Below are positions 37,823 through 53,100 of a stretch of 64,000 bases of DNA, one piece after another; position 1 is the first letter of the stretch, and each line of letters begins with the position of its first letter. The translations under genes were made by a program, and so were the position numbers. Source of the DNA: Azolla caroliniana (taxonomy: Eukaryota > Plantae > Polypodiophyta); contig JBHGNT010000013.1 in NCBI GenBank assembly GCA_043228905.1, forward strand, positions 14,260,001 to 14,324,000, read 5' to 3'. Below the pieces are notes generated by a model. That model did not search any database. It worked only from the letters and a program-made list of their open reading frames with translations, and was not told the DNA's origin.

Positions 37823-39908
37823 ACGTACGAAATGTTGTTTTAGGAACATCATCCTCACTTATACGAATTTGATGGTAGCCCATACGGAGATCAAGTTTCG
37901 TAAAATACCGAGCTCCCTGGAGACGGTCAATTAGATCGTTAACCTGGGGCAATGGATACGAATTCTTGATCGTCACTTTATTCAAGCGTCGGTAATTAAT
38001 ACACATACGCCATGTGCCCTCTTTCTTTTTAACCAAGAGAACTAGTGCCCCCCATGGAGATTTGCTATAACTTATATAACCCATTCGTAAATAGTCCTTG
38101 AGTTGCTTAGCTACCTCATCCTCTTCAGATCGACTTAAGCAATAAGGAGGTACACTTATTGGTGCAACGCCAGGTACAATATCTATACGATGGTCTAGAT
38201 TACGTTTAGGAGGTAAACCATCTGGTAGTTCACTCGGAAAAACATCATGAAAATCATTTAAGATTTCATCAAGTTGTTGTTGTTCAAAATATGTTAATTG
38301 AACCGAGACATTATAGATATTGTAAACGTGAATGTCCGGATCAAGTACACAATAAAATAGAGTAGAACAAGACAACTCGGATATTGATGGACACAAGGAA
38401 ACAATCGAGAGGGATTGTTTTTTGACACATTGAATAAAATGAGTACAGTCGTTCAGTACAAATGTAATTGAATGATGAACCCAATCAATAGATAAAGAAT
38501 AGCTTTTATTATAAAACCAGGGATAACCCAGTATTACATCGGTGGTACAGAGATTCATTACATGGAAGTCTACTTCCTCTATATAAGTATCAATAGAAAT
38601 TCCTAATGAATGAATCGCCCCGTTGATGTATTGTACTCTTCCATCAGCCAATTGCACCGTGTAGGTGCGATCACTTAAGGTGGGTTGGATTCCCCAGATC
38701 TGAACCAAATGATCATTCACAAAGTTGTGTGAGCTTCCCGAATCAAACAAAAATTGTACAGGAGATCCATTGATATACCCGTTTGCACGTAGTAAATCAT
38801 TGGGACCCAATACATAGTGAGGGAAAGAACATTGACAATTACTTAAATGATGTGTATAGACCTCAAGGACATTAGGAATTTGACCTTTATGGTTTGCAAC
38901 TTTAGCTTTGTTGTCGTGCTCTTTCCGTTGGAGCTTTCGACATTGCTCTTTTGTATGACCCTTCTTTTTGCAGAATACATAAAAAGGATGTTGTCGCTTA
39001 CAATCACGATCCACGAATTCGTTGGGTGTCTTGCGTTTCCTAGCGAATTGCGACTGCTTAGTCCCGGGCGCTTCGTTGGGTTTATTGTGGTCCTTCTTCG
39101 AAGTGCGTTGATAGCGAAGAACTATTTCAACGGCCTCTTCGAAGGATTTTGGATCCTTATCGTGCACTATCCAGTGATAGTCCGAATTGGGGATGTCATT
39201 GACAAAACAAGCTATTAACCAATTGTCCCCTTCTAGACCCGATTTTTGGATTTGGGTTCTAGCATGGTGAACATAGTCTTCTAGCGAGGAAAACTTCCTG
39301 CTAGAGAGGTTCATTAAAGCTTGTGATGCCTCGGTTCGAGAGGGAGGTTGGAGAAATTGGCCCTTGAAAACTGTGACAAAATCTGTCCAGGTATTGGGCA
39401 ATTTCCCCAAAGTACAGAGCCCACGCCACCAGGCGGCGGGCTTACCCCCTAGTTCTTGCCTGACATATGCAATCTTCGTACTATCTGGCATGGGATAGAG
39501 CTCAAAATGAGACTCCCATCGGCTTAGCCACGTGCAGATTGCTTCTTTGGTTCTTTCCTTTTTGTCTCCTGTAAATGGCTTAACGACAAACGATGGTTCA
39601 CCCTGTCGCTCACCAGGTCTATTAGTCTCACGTTGTAGACTAATGACACGTGCCTCGAGAGCACTTTGAGATTGCCGAAGTTCGGTCATCTGTTGAGTAG
39701 TGAAACTAAGGTATTGGGTTATTTGCGAAAAATACATCTCAATGGACATTTGTCCAGGAGGATTTCCTTGAGTTCCTTCCGCTTGAGCGGATGACATCGG
39801 GTCGTTATTTTGAGCCATTAAATTATTATTTCTGGAAAAGAAATAGGATAAGGTCAAAGAGATAGTCATAACATCATGTCGTGATGTAAACATATCATGG
39901 GCAAACAT
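37823..39908 (-). CDS. gag-pol: Chromovirus H gag-protease-RT N-half (open frame, interrupted by E)
   Basis: Track ORF 37689..39908: gag, degenerate knuckle [43 protein letters not shown], ending at KTTFRT. Confidence 0.88.
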
Positions 39909-41923
39909 TAATCGATATCATGATCTCACGTCAATACCCCTCTAGACGTATGAGATGAGGTTCAAGATCAGGTTACTATGGTAACACAAAGGTGTTTTAA
40001 AAACCATGGGGGTCACAATTTAATGTCTTTCCCTGATCTCTATATCGATTTTTTCATGGCGGCTCCCCGAGGCTCAACCATGTATGTTCGCGTCATGAAT
40101 AGTTTATACACAAAAAAAATGTTAACAATAAACTATGGTTCGGTGCCCACATATGTGGTTTCGGCTCTTTAAGTCCTATTACGAGAACCCCGAACTGCAC
40201 TTAGACCTCAAGTCTAAACATGTGTTATAATCATATGTATCAACGATGTTGTATGGTCTGATCATATTTGAACTCGAGACCTCGAGAACAAATACATTAA
40301 ACATTTGAGCCAACCAAGTAAGTTGCTCTTCTTGAATGTTTAATGTTTCATGCGTATAAGAGATATGTGAGGCCTGTGCCCATATATGTTTTTTTAAAAG
40401 AAACATATATGTCAAGAGTCCTTATTTCGCCCTCATTTACTACAACTATGTTGGTACGTTACCTAACCTCAAGTCTCGTAATTACGATGGCATACGCCAA
40501 AGTGCAACCTAATGGTCAAACCAAATGAGCCCTCTTTTCGTAGTAGGCCGACGTGGCCCATCACATGGTCACGTCATTACGAATGCCTCTCGTAAGAATG
40601 ATCTCATGGTGGCATCGTATCCATGTAATGAGGGAGGGATGTTGGATACGTGTGTCATAAGAGCGACCTCACATGAAGTGGATCAAACCATACGTACTCA
40701 ACATCATTATGGCTATTGGCGTTTCTTTACGTAATGAAATATCGAAGTCACCAACGGGGATTTCAACAATAAAAAATTGTTGAAAAAAGGGATGGTGACA
40801 ACACGATTCTCACAAAAATGTGAGGACGGCCACCAAGAACCTTTCCCCGAAAAGGAAAACATTCAATTTAAAATCACGTAATAACTTATATACACATATG
40901 TATATTATCACATATATACGATCAACTACATATACACATGACCACATATGCCTATATTTAATAGCCAAAAATGACGTAATCGAGATACGTAATCGAGGCA
41001 TATACCTCTACGCACACGAGATATCCAAAAATGAGGGTTAATTGTAATACGCAATTGAGGTATTGACCCCTTACGCATACGAGACCAAACGCATATCATT
41101 CGCAAACGTAACATATGTTCGTGAATGTAATACGTAATTGAGGTATTAACCTCGTACGCATACGACACTCATCACATATTATTTATATGTCAAACAAGGT
41201 ATTGACCTCGTGCACATATGTAAGCGTTTTAGATAACCAATTAAATACCACTACAACATCATTTGATTAATGAAAATAATTTACATATTAACCATACACA
41301 TGATTAGATGGGAGAAGAAAAAATAGACAAAAAATAACAAGAAATATTACCGAAGTTCCTTGTTGATCCTTGTCTGCATGAAGGCCAACCACACAACGAT
41401 CGATCGCCATCCATCGAGAAGATAAGACCAACAAAAGAAACATTAGTACATAGGCTCTAATACCAAATATTAGAGACATGTACTAAAGTAAGCATTAGAA
41501 ATGGATAGATCTGGGTGGATAGAAAGAAAGGAGAGAGAGAAAGAAGGGTGTCGATCCACCCGACCACCCCCGAGTGAAGGGATCGAGACGGACTCAAGCC
41601 GCGATCAACGTCCCATACCACCTCCGTGGCGTCGAGTTGTACCTGGTGCTGGCGCGCTCGCTACAAAAGTTGACCCACCACAAGACAGAGTCTTGACGTA
41701 GTCAACCAGATAATGAAATGAGGGTAGCTAGGCCTCTATTTATAGCGATACCCAAGGCGCCCAGCCATGTTCATACTTGGCCTAATGGGTTGTCTCAATC
41801 CGGAGGATTTAAAAGTAATCCTCCCCTTCTTTACACTCTCGTTTAACCCTCACGCTTATCCACGTGTATAGAATACTACGGTAAATTCTCATCACGGGAT
41901 ATTATATGGTCATGCCCGTAACA

Positions 41924-44629
41924 GTTCCGAACTGTTGTGTGTACAAGGGAGAATACACTGTCATTTTTCGACTTACAATCGATGCTCCTTGTAGAGGAGA
42001 ACCACGCCGGTGTGTAAACAAGTGCACCCACCGACATCCGGATGTTGTACACGGAGGCGGATCGGCCCCGTGGGCGTGGTGGACGAGGCGGGTCGGCTCG
42101 CAATGGTAGCGGTCAGCAAGAGTAGGATCGAAGGCACAGAGAATGTGCCAACAACAGTTCCAGACCCTCCACAAGCAGGGGGAGTCAAGGCGGCGTCGAA
42201 GGCCGGCAAGCAAAGACCGACACAGAATGCTAGTATTGTGGTAAAAAGGACCATAGAGAAAGCGAGTGCTGGAAGAAGCGTGCCGATTCGGATAGATCCA
42301 GATCCGGCAAGGCCGGTAGAGAGAACTGACACTACTCGCACTACGCAGAAGGATCGGGAGGATCCAAAACCGGAAAAGCCGATAAAGGGCCAGCCTTGGT
42401 GATGAAACACGAGGCTAGCTCAATGAAGAAGACCACTTCCAAATCGGAGGAAGTGTGGTACGTTGACTCCGGTGTGTCGAATCACATGACGAGCCACAAA
42501 GAGTGGTTCTCCTTCTTGGACAAACCGGAACAACTAGGAGTCGTCGAAACCGGAGAAGACACTCTTCACCCAATCGTGCATGTCGGAGAAGTCCCTTTGA
42601 GCCCGGTCAGACAGAGTGGGAAGCTGATGAACGTATTACACGTTCCGACTATCACGAAGAACCTGGTGTCGGTTGGACAGATTGTTGACCAGGGGATGTA
42701 GGTGCAGTTTCCGCACCTCGGGTGCTTCATCAAGGAAGAGGGCCAAATCATTACGCAAGGGCACAGAGATGGGAGGATGTTTATCCTCGACACCAATGAC
42801 GTCGACACTGCTTTCTTCACCAAAGGACAAAAGATTGAATCGCATATTGATCTCTGGCACAAGCGGATCGGCCACGTCAATTACTGGAGGCTTCAAGATC
42901 TGCAAACGAAACAAGTTGTTTTAGGTTTGCTGAAGTTTAGTGGCCGAAAGGTCCAAATATGTGAAGCCTACCAACTCACGAAGCAACACCGACTTCCATT
43001 CCCCACCGAACGAAACCGTAGCCGTAACAACTCGACCTTATTCATTTGGATGTATGGGGACCGGCACAAAACGTTAGTCTTGGCGGGAGTCAATATTTCA
43101 TCTCCTTCATCGACGACTACAGCCGGCACACATGGATCTACCTCATTGAGCGGAAGAGCGAAGTCATCGAGTGTTTCCGGAACCTGCAAAGCCTGGTTGA
43201 ACGGGAAACGGAGAGGAAGATCAAGTGCCTGTGGTCGGATGGAGGGAAATAATACTTTTCCGGCCAATTCAACAGTTATGTGCAGCAGAATGGAATTCAG
43301 AGAGAAATTAGTTGCAGGTACACACCAGAGCAAAACGGTGTGGCCAAAAGGAAGAACCGGTCGGTTGTCGATGCGGCAAGGGCAATGCTGGAGGAGAAGA
43401 GCTTGCCCCATTTCTACTAGGCTGAGGTGGTCCGGATGGCCGTCTACATCCAAAACCGGATTGGTGACAAGGTGTCTATGCATGAGCTGTATTTCGAGCG
43501 TAAGCCGAATTTGAGACACCTTCGGATATTCGGTAGCATCATATATGTGCATGTGCCGGATGAGAAGCAGAGGAAGTTGGATGCAAAGTCGGAGAAGTGC
43601 ATCCTGGTCGATTACTCGCATGAGCAAAAAGGGTATAAGTGTTATAACCCCCGGACGAAGCAGGTCCGAGTTAGCCAGGATGTTGAGTTTGATGAGACGG
43701 CATCGTGTTATGCCTTACCGGCTCCGACTTCCGACTCCGACCCAATACCGGAGGATGAGGCTTGTGAGCCTGAAATGGTTCAGTCAGAAGACGAAGGATT
43801 CGAGACTCTAGATGTGAGTTCAGAATCATTTCGGTTGAACGGGCCGAACGAGCGATTGGGTCAGACAGACCAGTCCGATGAGGAATCGGCAAGTAGTGGA
43901 GACTCTACCGTGCTCTCCCCACGCAAGGAACTGAGGAGACGGTTCACGCGCAAAGAGAAGGGGAAGAAGAAGATGTCGGAATACAAACCGGCAACGTTGA
44001 GTCGGATCGGAGCGAATCCGACTCCGGAAAGAATGAAGGCAGATCTTCGGGAACAAAGCCCGAACCGGCCAAGAAGGGCCTCAAACGGGGTACCGATAAG
44101 TTACACCGGTCTTCCCGCCAGAAGAACCCCGTGAAGCGGTACGGGTACAATGAGTACATGGGGCATCACTATGTGTACATGACTAAGATGGCGGAAGTGC
44201 GTGAGCTGGAGAGCTACGTAGAAGCGGCAAAGGACGCAAATTGGCGTGCCACTATGGAGGAAGAAATGCGGGCACTTGATGGCAACGACACATGGGACCT
44301 AGTTGATCCTCCCTAACACTATAAACCGATTGGATGTAAGTGGGTATACAAGGTAAAGTACAATGCCGACGGTTCGGTTAACCGGTACAAGGCCTGGTTA
44401 GTGGCGAAGGGATATGCACAGACCCACTGAATCGACTATGACGAGACCTTCGCACCGGTAGCGAAGATGACGATGGTTCGTATGCTGCTGACGGTTATTG
44501 CGGCAAGGGGGTGGAATCTTCACCAGATGGATGTGAAGAATGCATTTCTTCAAGGCGATCTTGAAGAAGAGGTCTTTATGACCCAACCCCCCGGCTTCTA
44601 GTCGGCGGTATGCCGGCTAAAGAAGTCAC
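41924..44629 (+). pseudogene. pol: Copia I gag-PR-INT-RT remnant (continues 59083-59820)
   Basis: [47 protein letters not shown]. Many stops. Confidence 0.9.
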
Positions 44630-45384
44630 TGAAAAGAATGGCGTGCGGAAGCAATGTAGGAAAACAGAACAACAGAAAACGCAAGTTTAATGGAAAGGTT
44701 AGGTTTGCACAGTACTCATGGGAGAGACAGAGAGAGAGTAAACACAAGAACACAATTCAAAAAATAATACTCAATCTGTACATAGGATGTGCTCAATGAG
44801 CACTTTTATACAAGCCCTTACAATGGGCTGACATAAGTACTGACAGTACTTGATTGCTCATAAATGAGCCTTGACACTTGCTCCCAAAACTATTCCTTAC
44901 GAGGAATATCTTTCTAACGGCCTTTCGGTCTACGCACCGATACGGCCTTCCTACGCACCGATCTGCGTATCGGCTTTACGCATTAGATTACACACCAATG
45001 TTGAGCTTGTCTCTCCCCCTCAAGCTCAACTTGAGGTTCCGCCTGCTCTGCCGGATCTACACTCTGGCTTCTCCTGGCTACACGCCTCGCTCGCGCTCCT
45101 CAGCCTGTTCGACTCCGCGCGCTTCGACCCTTTTGGTCGGCTTGTCTCCTTCCACGTCCCTTCACAGCTCCCTTGTTGTCGCGGTGTCGGCACTTCTCCT
45201 GCTGCCTTCTTTTCCGCTTGGCCCTCGGTTGATTCAGTGTACCTGAATCAAACATCCGAACCGACTTGGCTACCTCCGATCGGTTTTCGCTCTCATCCGA
45301 GTTGGCTGACTCCAACTCGTCTTCGGTCTTCTCGCCTTTGACGGCGTCATCTCCCCCATGCCTGGTTGGCTCCGGCATTTTCTT

Positions 45385-48300
45385 TCAGCTACTCCCCTTA
45401 CGTCCGCTTTCGGACTCTTCCGCAGATCTGCTCTCGGCTTCTTCAGCCGAGCCACGGTCTTTTCCGCTCCTTTCCTGCTCCCTTTCGTGGTCATTTGGGA
45501 CGTTTCTCCCCCTCAAGTTCGGCACGTCGAGGTGACGCAACCCAAGCGCACCCGAGAATTGCCGTAACTTGTCCAGACCAAGAGGCTTGGTGAAGATGTC
45601 GGCGGTCTGCCGATCCTTCGGAACATACTGAAGTTCGACTTCACCATAAAGGACACGCTCACGAACAAAATGGTAATGCACCTCAATATGCTTGGTCCGT
45701 GCGTGGAAGATGGGGTTCTTCGCGAGTTGGATGCTGCTAAGGTTGTCGCAGTAGATCGTCGTCGGATCGGACACCTCCACCTGCAGATCCTTAAGTAGCC
45801 GCTTCAACCATATGGCTTCGCATGTCGCGATAGCCACTCCTTGGTACTCTGCTTCGGTGCTCGACAGTGCAACTGTCGGCTGCTTCTTGCTACTCCACGC
45901 AATCGCAGCACTCCAAAGAGAGAACGCGTATCCAGACGTGGATCAGCGATCGGCGACATTGCCAGCCCGGTCGGCATCGGTGTAGCCGACCAACTGCGGG
46001 GCTGTATCGGTCCGACATAGCAGTTCCCGGTCCTTAGTGCCGCTTACGTACCGCAGTAAGTGTTGCGCACACTGAAGGTGCTCCTCGGTAGGTCCTGCCA
46101 TAAATTGACTGATCACCCTGACTAGGTAACTGAGATCGGGTCGGGTGATTTTCAAGTAGATAAGGCTTCCGACAATTTGTCAGAACCTTGTCGGATCGCA
46201 AACCTTGCCGGAATTGGGGCGAAGCTTCACAGTTCTATCCAGAGGAGTCGAGACGGACTTACAGTCGGCCATCCCGAATTTGAAGAGCATATTCAGCGCG
46301 TAATGACGTTGGCTGATCAGTATGCCTTCGGGGGTGTGGATCACTTCGATCCCGAGGAAGTAATGAAGGTCCCCTAGATCCTTCATGTCAAATGATGCTG
46401 CAAGCTAGAGCTTCACGCGGTTGATTTCACCGAGGTTGGCGCCGGTGATGACCAAGTCATCAACATAGAGTAAAATACTGACCGGCCCGAGTTGACCTTT
46501 CCGAATGAACAACGAGGAGTCTGATTTTGACATCGCAAAGCCCATTCGACGTAGCCGATCCATGATCTTTGCATTCTAGGCACGCGGGGCTTGCTTCAGT
46601 CCGTAAAGGGACTTCTTCAATCGGCACACTACCGACGTGTTCGTTCCAGAGTGAAATCCGGGGGGCTGTACCATGTACACTTGGTCCTCAAGCTCACCTT
46701 GCAGGAACGCATTCTTTACATCCATTTGATGTAAGTGCCACCCCTTGGCCGCGGCTACCGCGAGCAAAACACAGACGGGTGTCATCTTCGCGACCGGCGC
46801 GAACGTCTCATCGTAGTCGACACCGTGTTTCTGCGCGTAGCCTTTTGCCACTAACCGGGCCTTGTATCGGTTGACAGAGCCGTCGATGTTGTACTTGACC
46901 TTGTACACCCACCTACATCCGATCAGCTTCACACCCTTCGGTGCGTCAACCAGGTCCCAGGTCTCGTTTTCCGCCAATGCATGCATCTCTTCCTCCATCG
47001 CGGCGCACCAATTCGCGTCCTTCGCCGCTTCTGCGTAGCTCTCCGGCTCACGCACTTCCGCTACATGGGTCATGTACGCATAATGATGCACCGTGTACTC
47101 GTTGTATCCGAACCGCACAACTGGGTTCTTTTGGCGGGTAGATCGGCATAATCGGTCATTAGCCGATGTCGAGGTCTTCTCGGCCGACGCGGACTTTGCT
47201 CCTAAATGCACATCGCCGCTTCCTTCGGAGTTGGACTTGCGTCGGTCTGACTCGTTCCTATCCGTGTCGGAATCCGACACCTTCTTCTTTCCTTTCTCTT
47301 TGTGCGTAAGCCGTCTCCTCGGCTTCCTACGCGGGGAATGCACAGCCGAGTCTTCACTACTCGCCGGCTCTTCATCGGACTGGTCGTACCGACACAGTCA
47401 TCCATTCGGTCCACTTAACTGAACCGAAATCAGACTCTCTTCGGGGGTCCTGATTTCAGGCTCAGCCGGACTGTCCTCATCGTCAGAACTCGGATTGGAG
47501 GTGAGGTCCGGAATTGCAGGCAAGTACTAGGACGCGGACTCATCAAACACAACGTCACGGCTCACACGCGCTTGTTTGGTACGCAGGTTATAGCACTTAT
47601 AACCCTTCTGCACGTCCGAATAGCTGACCAAGATACTCTTCTCGGCTTTTGCGTCCAACTTCCTCCTTTTCTCCTTCGGCACATGCACATACGCAATGCT
47701 ACCGAAAACTTGTAAGTGTTGCAAGTCCGGCTTCGTTCCGAAGTATAGCTCGTGCGCCGACACTTTTTCTCCGATCCGGTTCTGGATGTATACCGTGGTC
47801 CTTACCGCCTCGGCCCAGTAGAACTTGGGCAAGCTATTTGCTTCCACCATTGCCCGAGCCACTTCCACAACCGACCAATTTTTCCTCTCGGCCACGCCGT
47901 TTTGCTCCGGCGTGTATCTACAACTGAATTCGCGCTGAATTCCCATCTATTGTAGATAACCGTTGAATTGACCGGAAAAGTATTCTTTTCCACCATCCGA
48001 CCGCAGGCACTTGATCTTTCTTCCCGTTTCCGTTTCCACGAACCCTTTGAGGTCCTGGAAACAGTCGAAGACTTCGCTCTTCCTCTCAATGAGGTAGATC
48101 CACGTGTGTCGCGTGTAGTCGTTGATGAAGGAGACGAAATATCAGCTCCCGCCAAGACTAACGTTTTGTGTCGGCCCCCACACATCGGAGTGTATCACAT
48201 CGAGGTTGTTCCGGCTCCGGTTACGCTCGTTGGGGAAGGGAAGTCGGTGTTGCTTCCCAAGCTTGCAGGCTTCACAAATTTGTGCCTTCCAGCTACTAAA

Positions 48301-49380
48301 TTTGGGCAATCCGAACACCACTTGTTTTGATTGCAGGTCTTGAAGCCGCTGGTAGTTGACGTGGCCTATCCGTTTGTGCCATAAGTCGATGTTCGACTCG
48401 ACTTTTTGTCCCTTCGCGAACATTGCGGTGCCACCGTCAGTAGAGTCGAGGATAAACATCCTCCCATCTCTGCGCCCTTGCGCAATAATACGGCCTTCTT
48501 CCTCAATGAAGCACTAGAGGTACGTAAACCGGAGCTCCATCCCTTGGTCGACGATCTGTCCGACCGACACCAAGTTCTTCGTGATTGTCGGAACGTGTAC
48601 CACGTTCATGAGTTTCCCTCTCTGCCCGACATGGCTCAGGGGAACTTCTCCGACATTCGCGATCGGATGCGGAGTGTCGTCTCCGGTTGTGACTACTCCC
48701 GGTTGCATCGGCTTTTCTAGGTACAAGAACCACTCCTTATGGCTCGTCATGTGATTTGACGCGCCGGAGTCGACGTACCACACCTCATCCGATTTCGGGG
48801 TGTTCTGCCTCATTGATTTTGCTTCGTGTCTCGTCACGAAGACTAACCCTTTTTCGGATTCTCCGGATCCTTCGGCGTAGTGCGATCGTTGCCGATTTCC
48901 TTTCTCGGTCTGTCCAGAACCTGTTCCAGACCCAATTCTCTCCGAATCGGCGTGTTTTTTCCAACACTCGCTCTCGGCGGCGGAGTTCCCTTGCCGGTTC
49001 TCGTCGTCTCGACTCCCCCTGTTTCCGGAGGGTCTGGAATTGCTGTCGGCATCACTTCGGTGCCTTCTTCCTTGATCCCGTCGGCCTCCTCCATTGCGTA
49101 CCGACTCGCCTCGTCCACCACGACCACGGTGCCTATCTCCCTCCGTGTACAACATCTTGCTATCTGTGTGTGTGCTCGTTGATGCACACGCGTGGTTCTC
49201 CTCTACCAGGAGCATCGACTGTAAGTCGAAAAAGGACGGCGTATTCTCCTGGGTACACACAGTAGTTCGGAACGCCCCGAACTTCGACGCCAAACCCCCA
49301 AGACAAACCTAGACCATCTCACTCTCCTCGATGTTCACATCGATGGAAGCTAAGGAGTCGCATATGTCCTTAATCCTCGA
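45385..49380 (-). pseudogene. pol: Copia J gag C-term, PR, INT, RT and RNaseH remnant (gag N-term at 58222-58603)
   Basis: [61 protein letters not shown]. Confidence 0.92.
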
Positions 49381-50104
49381 AACACCGGGACATTTGAAAT
49401 AGGTAATATGTCGCATTTTGAGAACTGTCCATCAAAAAATGACACAAATTAGGGTGATTCACAAAAAGGGGTGCCGCATGCGTAAAGGAATTTTAAAAAT
49501 GACCCAAAAATATATTGATTTTTAACATGTACGGAAATTTAGGTGTTCAAAAAAATGCCTAAATAATGGACATGCCAAACTTACAAATGAATGTCCAAAA
49601 TGACTAACCCCAATATTTATAGAAATTCTGAATCCAAATCTTGATGTGCAATACAATATTTATAGTTAACGTATCAGGACAATCATTTTTCAAGTTTATG
49701 TCATCATCTTCATACCCATTAGATGAACTAGTACGAGTTTATGAGGTCTCATCCTCATCATCAATGGCAACTAATGCATTGTGTTGATCCAATTGCAATC
49801 CAACCTCATCGAGTTTATGAGTCATGCTTCTTGTTTGTCTTTGTGTTGTGTCTGAAGCCACATTCCAGATCCTCTTTTAGTATCTTCATTGTGGTCTGTC
49901 ACAGATAACTTGTTTTGGTCAAAGATAAGTCATACACTAATATATAAACATTATCCAATGTAAGAGTAGATGTGCTTGATGCATCTTTCCTCCTCACTTT
50001 ATGGTTATGATATTTCATTATGTACTTTCCATTTACAAGATTAGATTATGTGAGAGAAGCTTTCTACCAAAATCATTAGAATCTAAAAAATGTCTTAAAG
50101 ATGT

Positions 50105-53100
50105 TGTTGGGATTACGGTCCCTCCGGATGGGATGATCGGATGCCCGGGAATCGGGAACGAAGACCCGGTTCCGGAGCCAGATGATGAAGACCCGGTTCC
50201 GGATCCGGATGATGAAGACCCCGGCTACGGAGCCGGATGACGAATGTACCCGGAGAGAGATCCGGATGCGGGGACATATTTGTGAATATGTTTGCCAAGG
50301 GCCCTTGAGGCTATATTTGTAAATAGCCCGAAAGTCATATGTGTATAAATATGACTTAGGGCAAACAGTTTTGTTGTTGTTACTCATTTTTCTGGTTTTC
50401 CACTTAGAGGGAGCTAAGTGAGCAGCCGAGAGAGAGAGTGAGAGAGACGAAGAGGTCGTTGCCTCTGTGTATTGCCGCCGCCTGTGGCGAAGACAGTGAG
50501 CTCAAGGTTGTTGCCTTGTAGCTTCACCATTGTACATCTCTGTTTATAGTGATAGTTGGAGTTTGAGGACTCCCGTGGTTATTCCCATTTAGGGTTTTCC
50601 ACGTAAAACATCCTGTGTACTCTTCTCTCTATTGTCTTCGTGCATTTTCTATTTCCTGTTTTCTGTGAGGTGATCCTATTCCTCGGTGGTGGCCGAGCAC
50701 TGTGTTCAACAAACTGGTATCAGAGCGACGGTAACACAGAAAATGGAAGGCGGCGGTAGTGGGCCTCCGGGCATGATGGTGTTGAACTCACAGAACTACG
50801 CCGACTGGAAGATAAAGATGGAAGACCTTCTCATCGTCTGAGACCTGTATGAACCGATCGACAATGCCGAGATACCCAAGGGGGTAATAGAGTCGGAGTG
50901 GAAGCTCTTGAACCGGAAAGCCGTAGCGACGATCCGGCAATATGTCGATGTGAGTGTTCTGCAACATGTGGCGAACGATACGAACGCCTATGAGATGTGG
51001 CAGAAGCTGTCCGGACTGTATGAGAGGAAGAATGCTCTGACCCGGACCTCCCTGATGAGGAAGATAGTGAATCTTAAGTACCGGGACGGCGAGAGCATGG
51101 TCGAACACGTCAGCACGTTCATGGGATTCGTGAACCAGCTTGCGGCGATCAAGTTCCCGTTGGATGACGCAATGCAAGCCATCATGCTGATGTGTACCCT
51201 TCCGGAGAGCTGGGAGAACTTGGTAGTTACTCTCAGCACCTCCTGTAAGGAAGAGAACCTGTCTTTACTAACGGTAAAGACAAGTATTCTAAATGAAGAA
51301 GCGCGTCGGAGAGATAAAGAACCGGCCTCCGACTCGAAGGCGCTGCTTACCGAATCGGAACGGGGAAGACAACGGAACCGGAGTCCGCAAAGACGGGAGA
51401 AGTCGGGGACACGATCGCAGTCGAGGGGAAGACCTACATGCTTCTACTGTGGGAAGCCGGGGCACTTCCAGAAGAACTGTCGGCATTTCCGGAAAGACAA
51501 CGGAACCGACGGTACCGATTCGAAGAAGTCACCGGAGCGAAACGGTGCATACCGGGGAGCCACGGACCGGAGAGGTCCGGATCGTCGAGGGCAGGACCGG
51601 AAAGGAACGACGGCACTCGCGGCAAGTGAAGAAGAGATAATGCTCATTACTGAAGAGAGGGAGCTGAACCTTGCCGATGAAGAGATGACCTGGGTGGTCG
51701 ATTCCGGAGCGTCGTTCCACCTGACCCCGGAGAAGAAATACTTCTCATCCTACACAGCCGGTGAGCACGGCTGTGTCCAGATGGGAAATGAAGGTACATG
51801 CCGGATTGCCGGCATAGGAGACGTGTGGCTGATGACATCAACCGGATGCAAGATGCTGCTGAAGGATGTCCGACACGTTCCGGAGGTTCGATTGAACCTG
51901 ATTTCGGCCGGGAGGCTAGACGATGAAGGCTACACGGGTAGCATCCGGAACGGTGTCATGAAGTTCAGCAAAGGGAGCCTGATAGTGGCTCGGGCCCGGA
52001 AGGTCAACACACTGTACCTGATGAATTCCCGGCTATGTCCGGAGGAGCTGAACGTGGCAGTCGACACTGCCGGTGAGCTGTGGCACAAGAGACTGTGCCA
52101 CATGAGCGAGAAGGGGATGAAGAGGCTTGCCGAAGACAACCTGATACCGGTAAAGCACGTACACCTGGGGAAGTGTACCGACTGTCTGGCCGGTAAGCAA
52201 AACCGGACCTCCTTCCGCTCAAGACCACCGAGGAGACGTAGTGTACCATTGGAGTTGGTACACACTGATGTGTGTCAGGTAGAAACGAAGTCACATGGCG
52301 GAGCCTAGTACTTCGTAACATTCATAGATGACCACAGCCGGAAGCTGTGGACGGCACCGTTGAAGACAAAGGACCAAGTATTGTCCGTCTTCAAAGAACT
52401 CCACGCGAGAGTGGAAAGAGAATCCGGCAAGAAACTGAAAGCACTACGAGCGGATAACGGAGGAGAATACCGAGGGCAATTTGAGGAGTATTGCCGTTCG
52501 ATGGGAATCCGGCTCGAGTTTACTATGCCGAAGACGCCGGAACTAAACGGGCTGGCCGAGAGGATGAACCGGACCATAATGGAGAGGGTCCGGAGTATGC
52601 TAGCACATGCGAAATTACCTAAGGGATTTTGGGCTGAGGCAATGTCGACGGCGACATATGTGATAAATAGATCACCCTCAGTACCCCTGGATGGAGACAC
52701 GCCACAGAGAGTGTGGACCGGTAAGGAAGTGTCCTACCGGCATTTGAAGGTGTTCGGGTGTCTCGCATACGTGCATGTGGCAAAGGACCGGAGAGGAAAG
52801 TTAGATCCAAAGACCCGGCCATGCATATTCCTCGGTTACGGCGACGACGAGTTCGGCTACCGAGTATGGGACCCGGTCGACAAGAAGATATTCAGGAGTC
52901 GAGATATCATCTTCATGGAGGACAAGACACTCGCCGACTGGGAGTCGGAGAAGAAGATGAAGAGCTCCAAGTCGACCGGTGAGGATCAACTCTACGAGGA
53001 GCAGTCCCGACCGGCAAGGGACCGGTTAGCACTCGAGGATCCGGCCGAAGACGGTGAAGAAACAGAACCGGCCGAGGAAGATGAAACTGATACCAGAACC

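Larger units (their letters stand above)
19966..41923 (-). mobile_element. Chromovirus (Ty3/Gypsy with chromodomain) H
   Basis: LTRs 19966-20556 and 41468-41923, TSD ATTCC/GTTCC, Met-type PBS 41454-41465, PPT from 20557, gag-PR-RT-RH-INT-chromodomain order. Confidence 0.92.

Noticed and set aside
52306-52308. Programmed stop readthrough in Copia K
   Set aside because: The TAG lies inside the integrase core where homolog G has CAG, so it is a simple C-to-T mutation.
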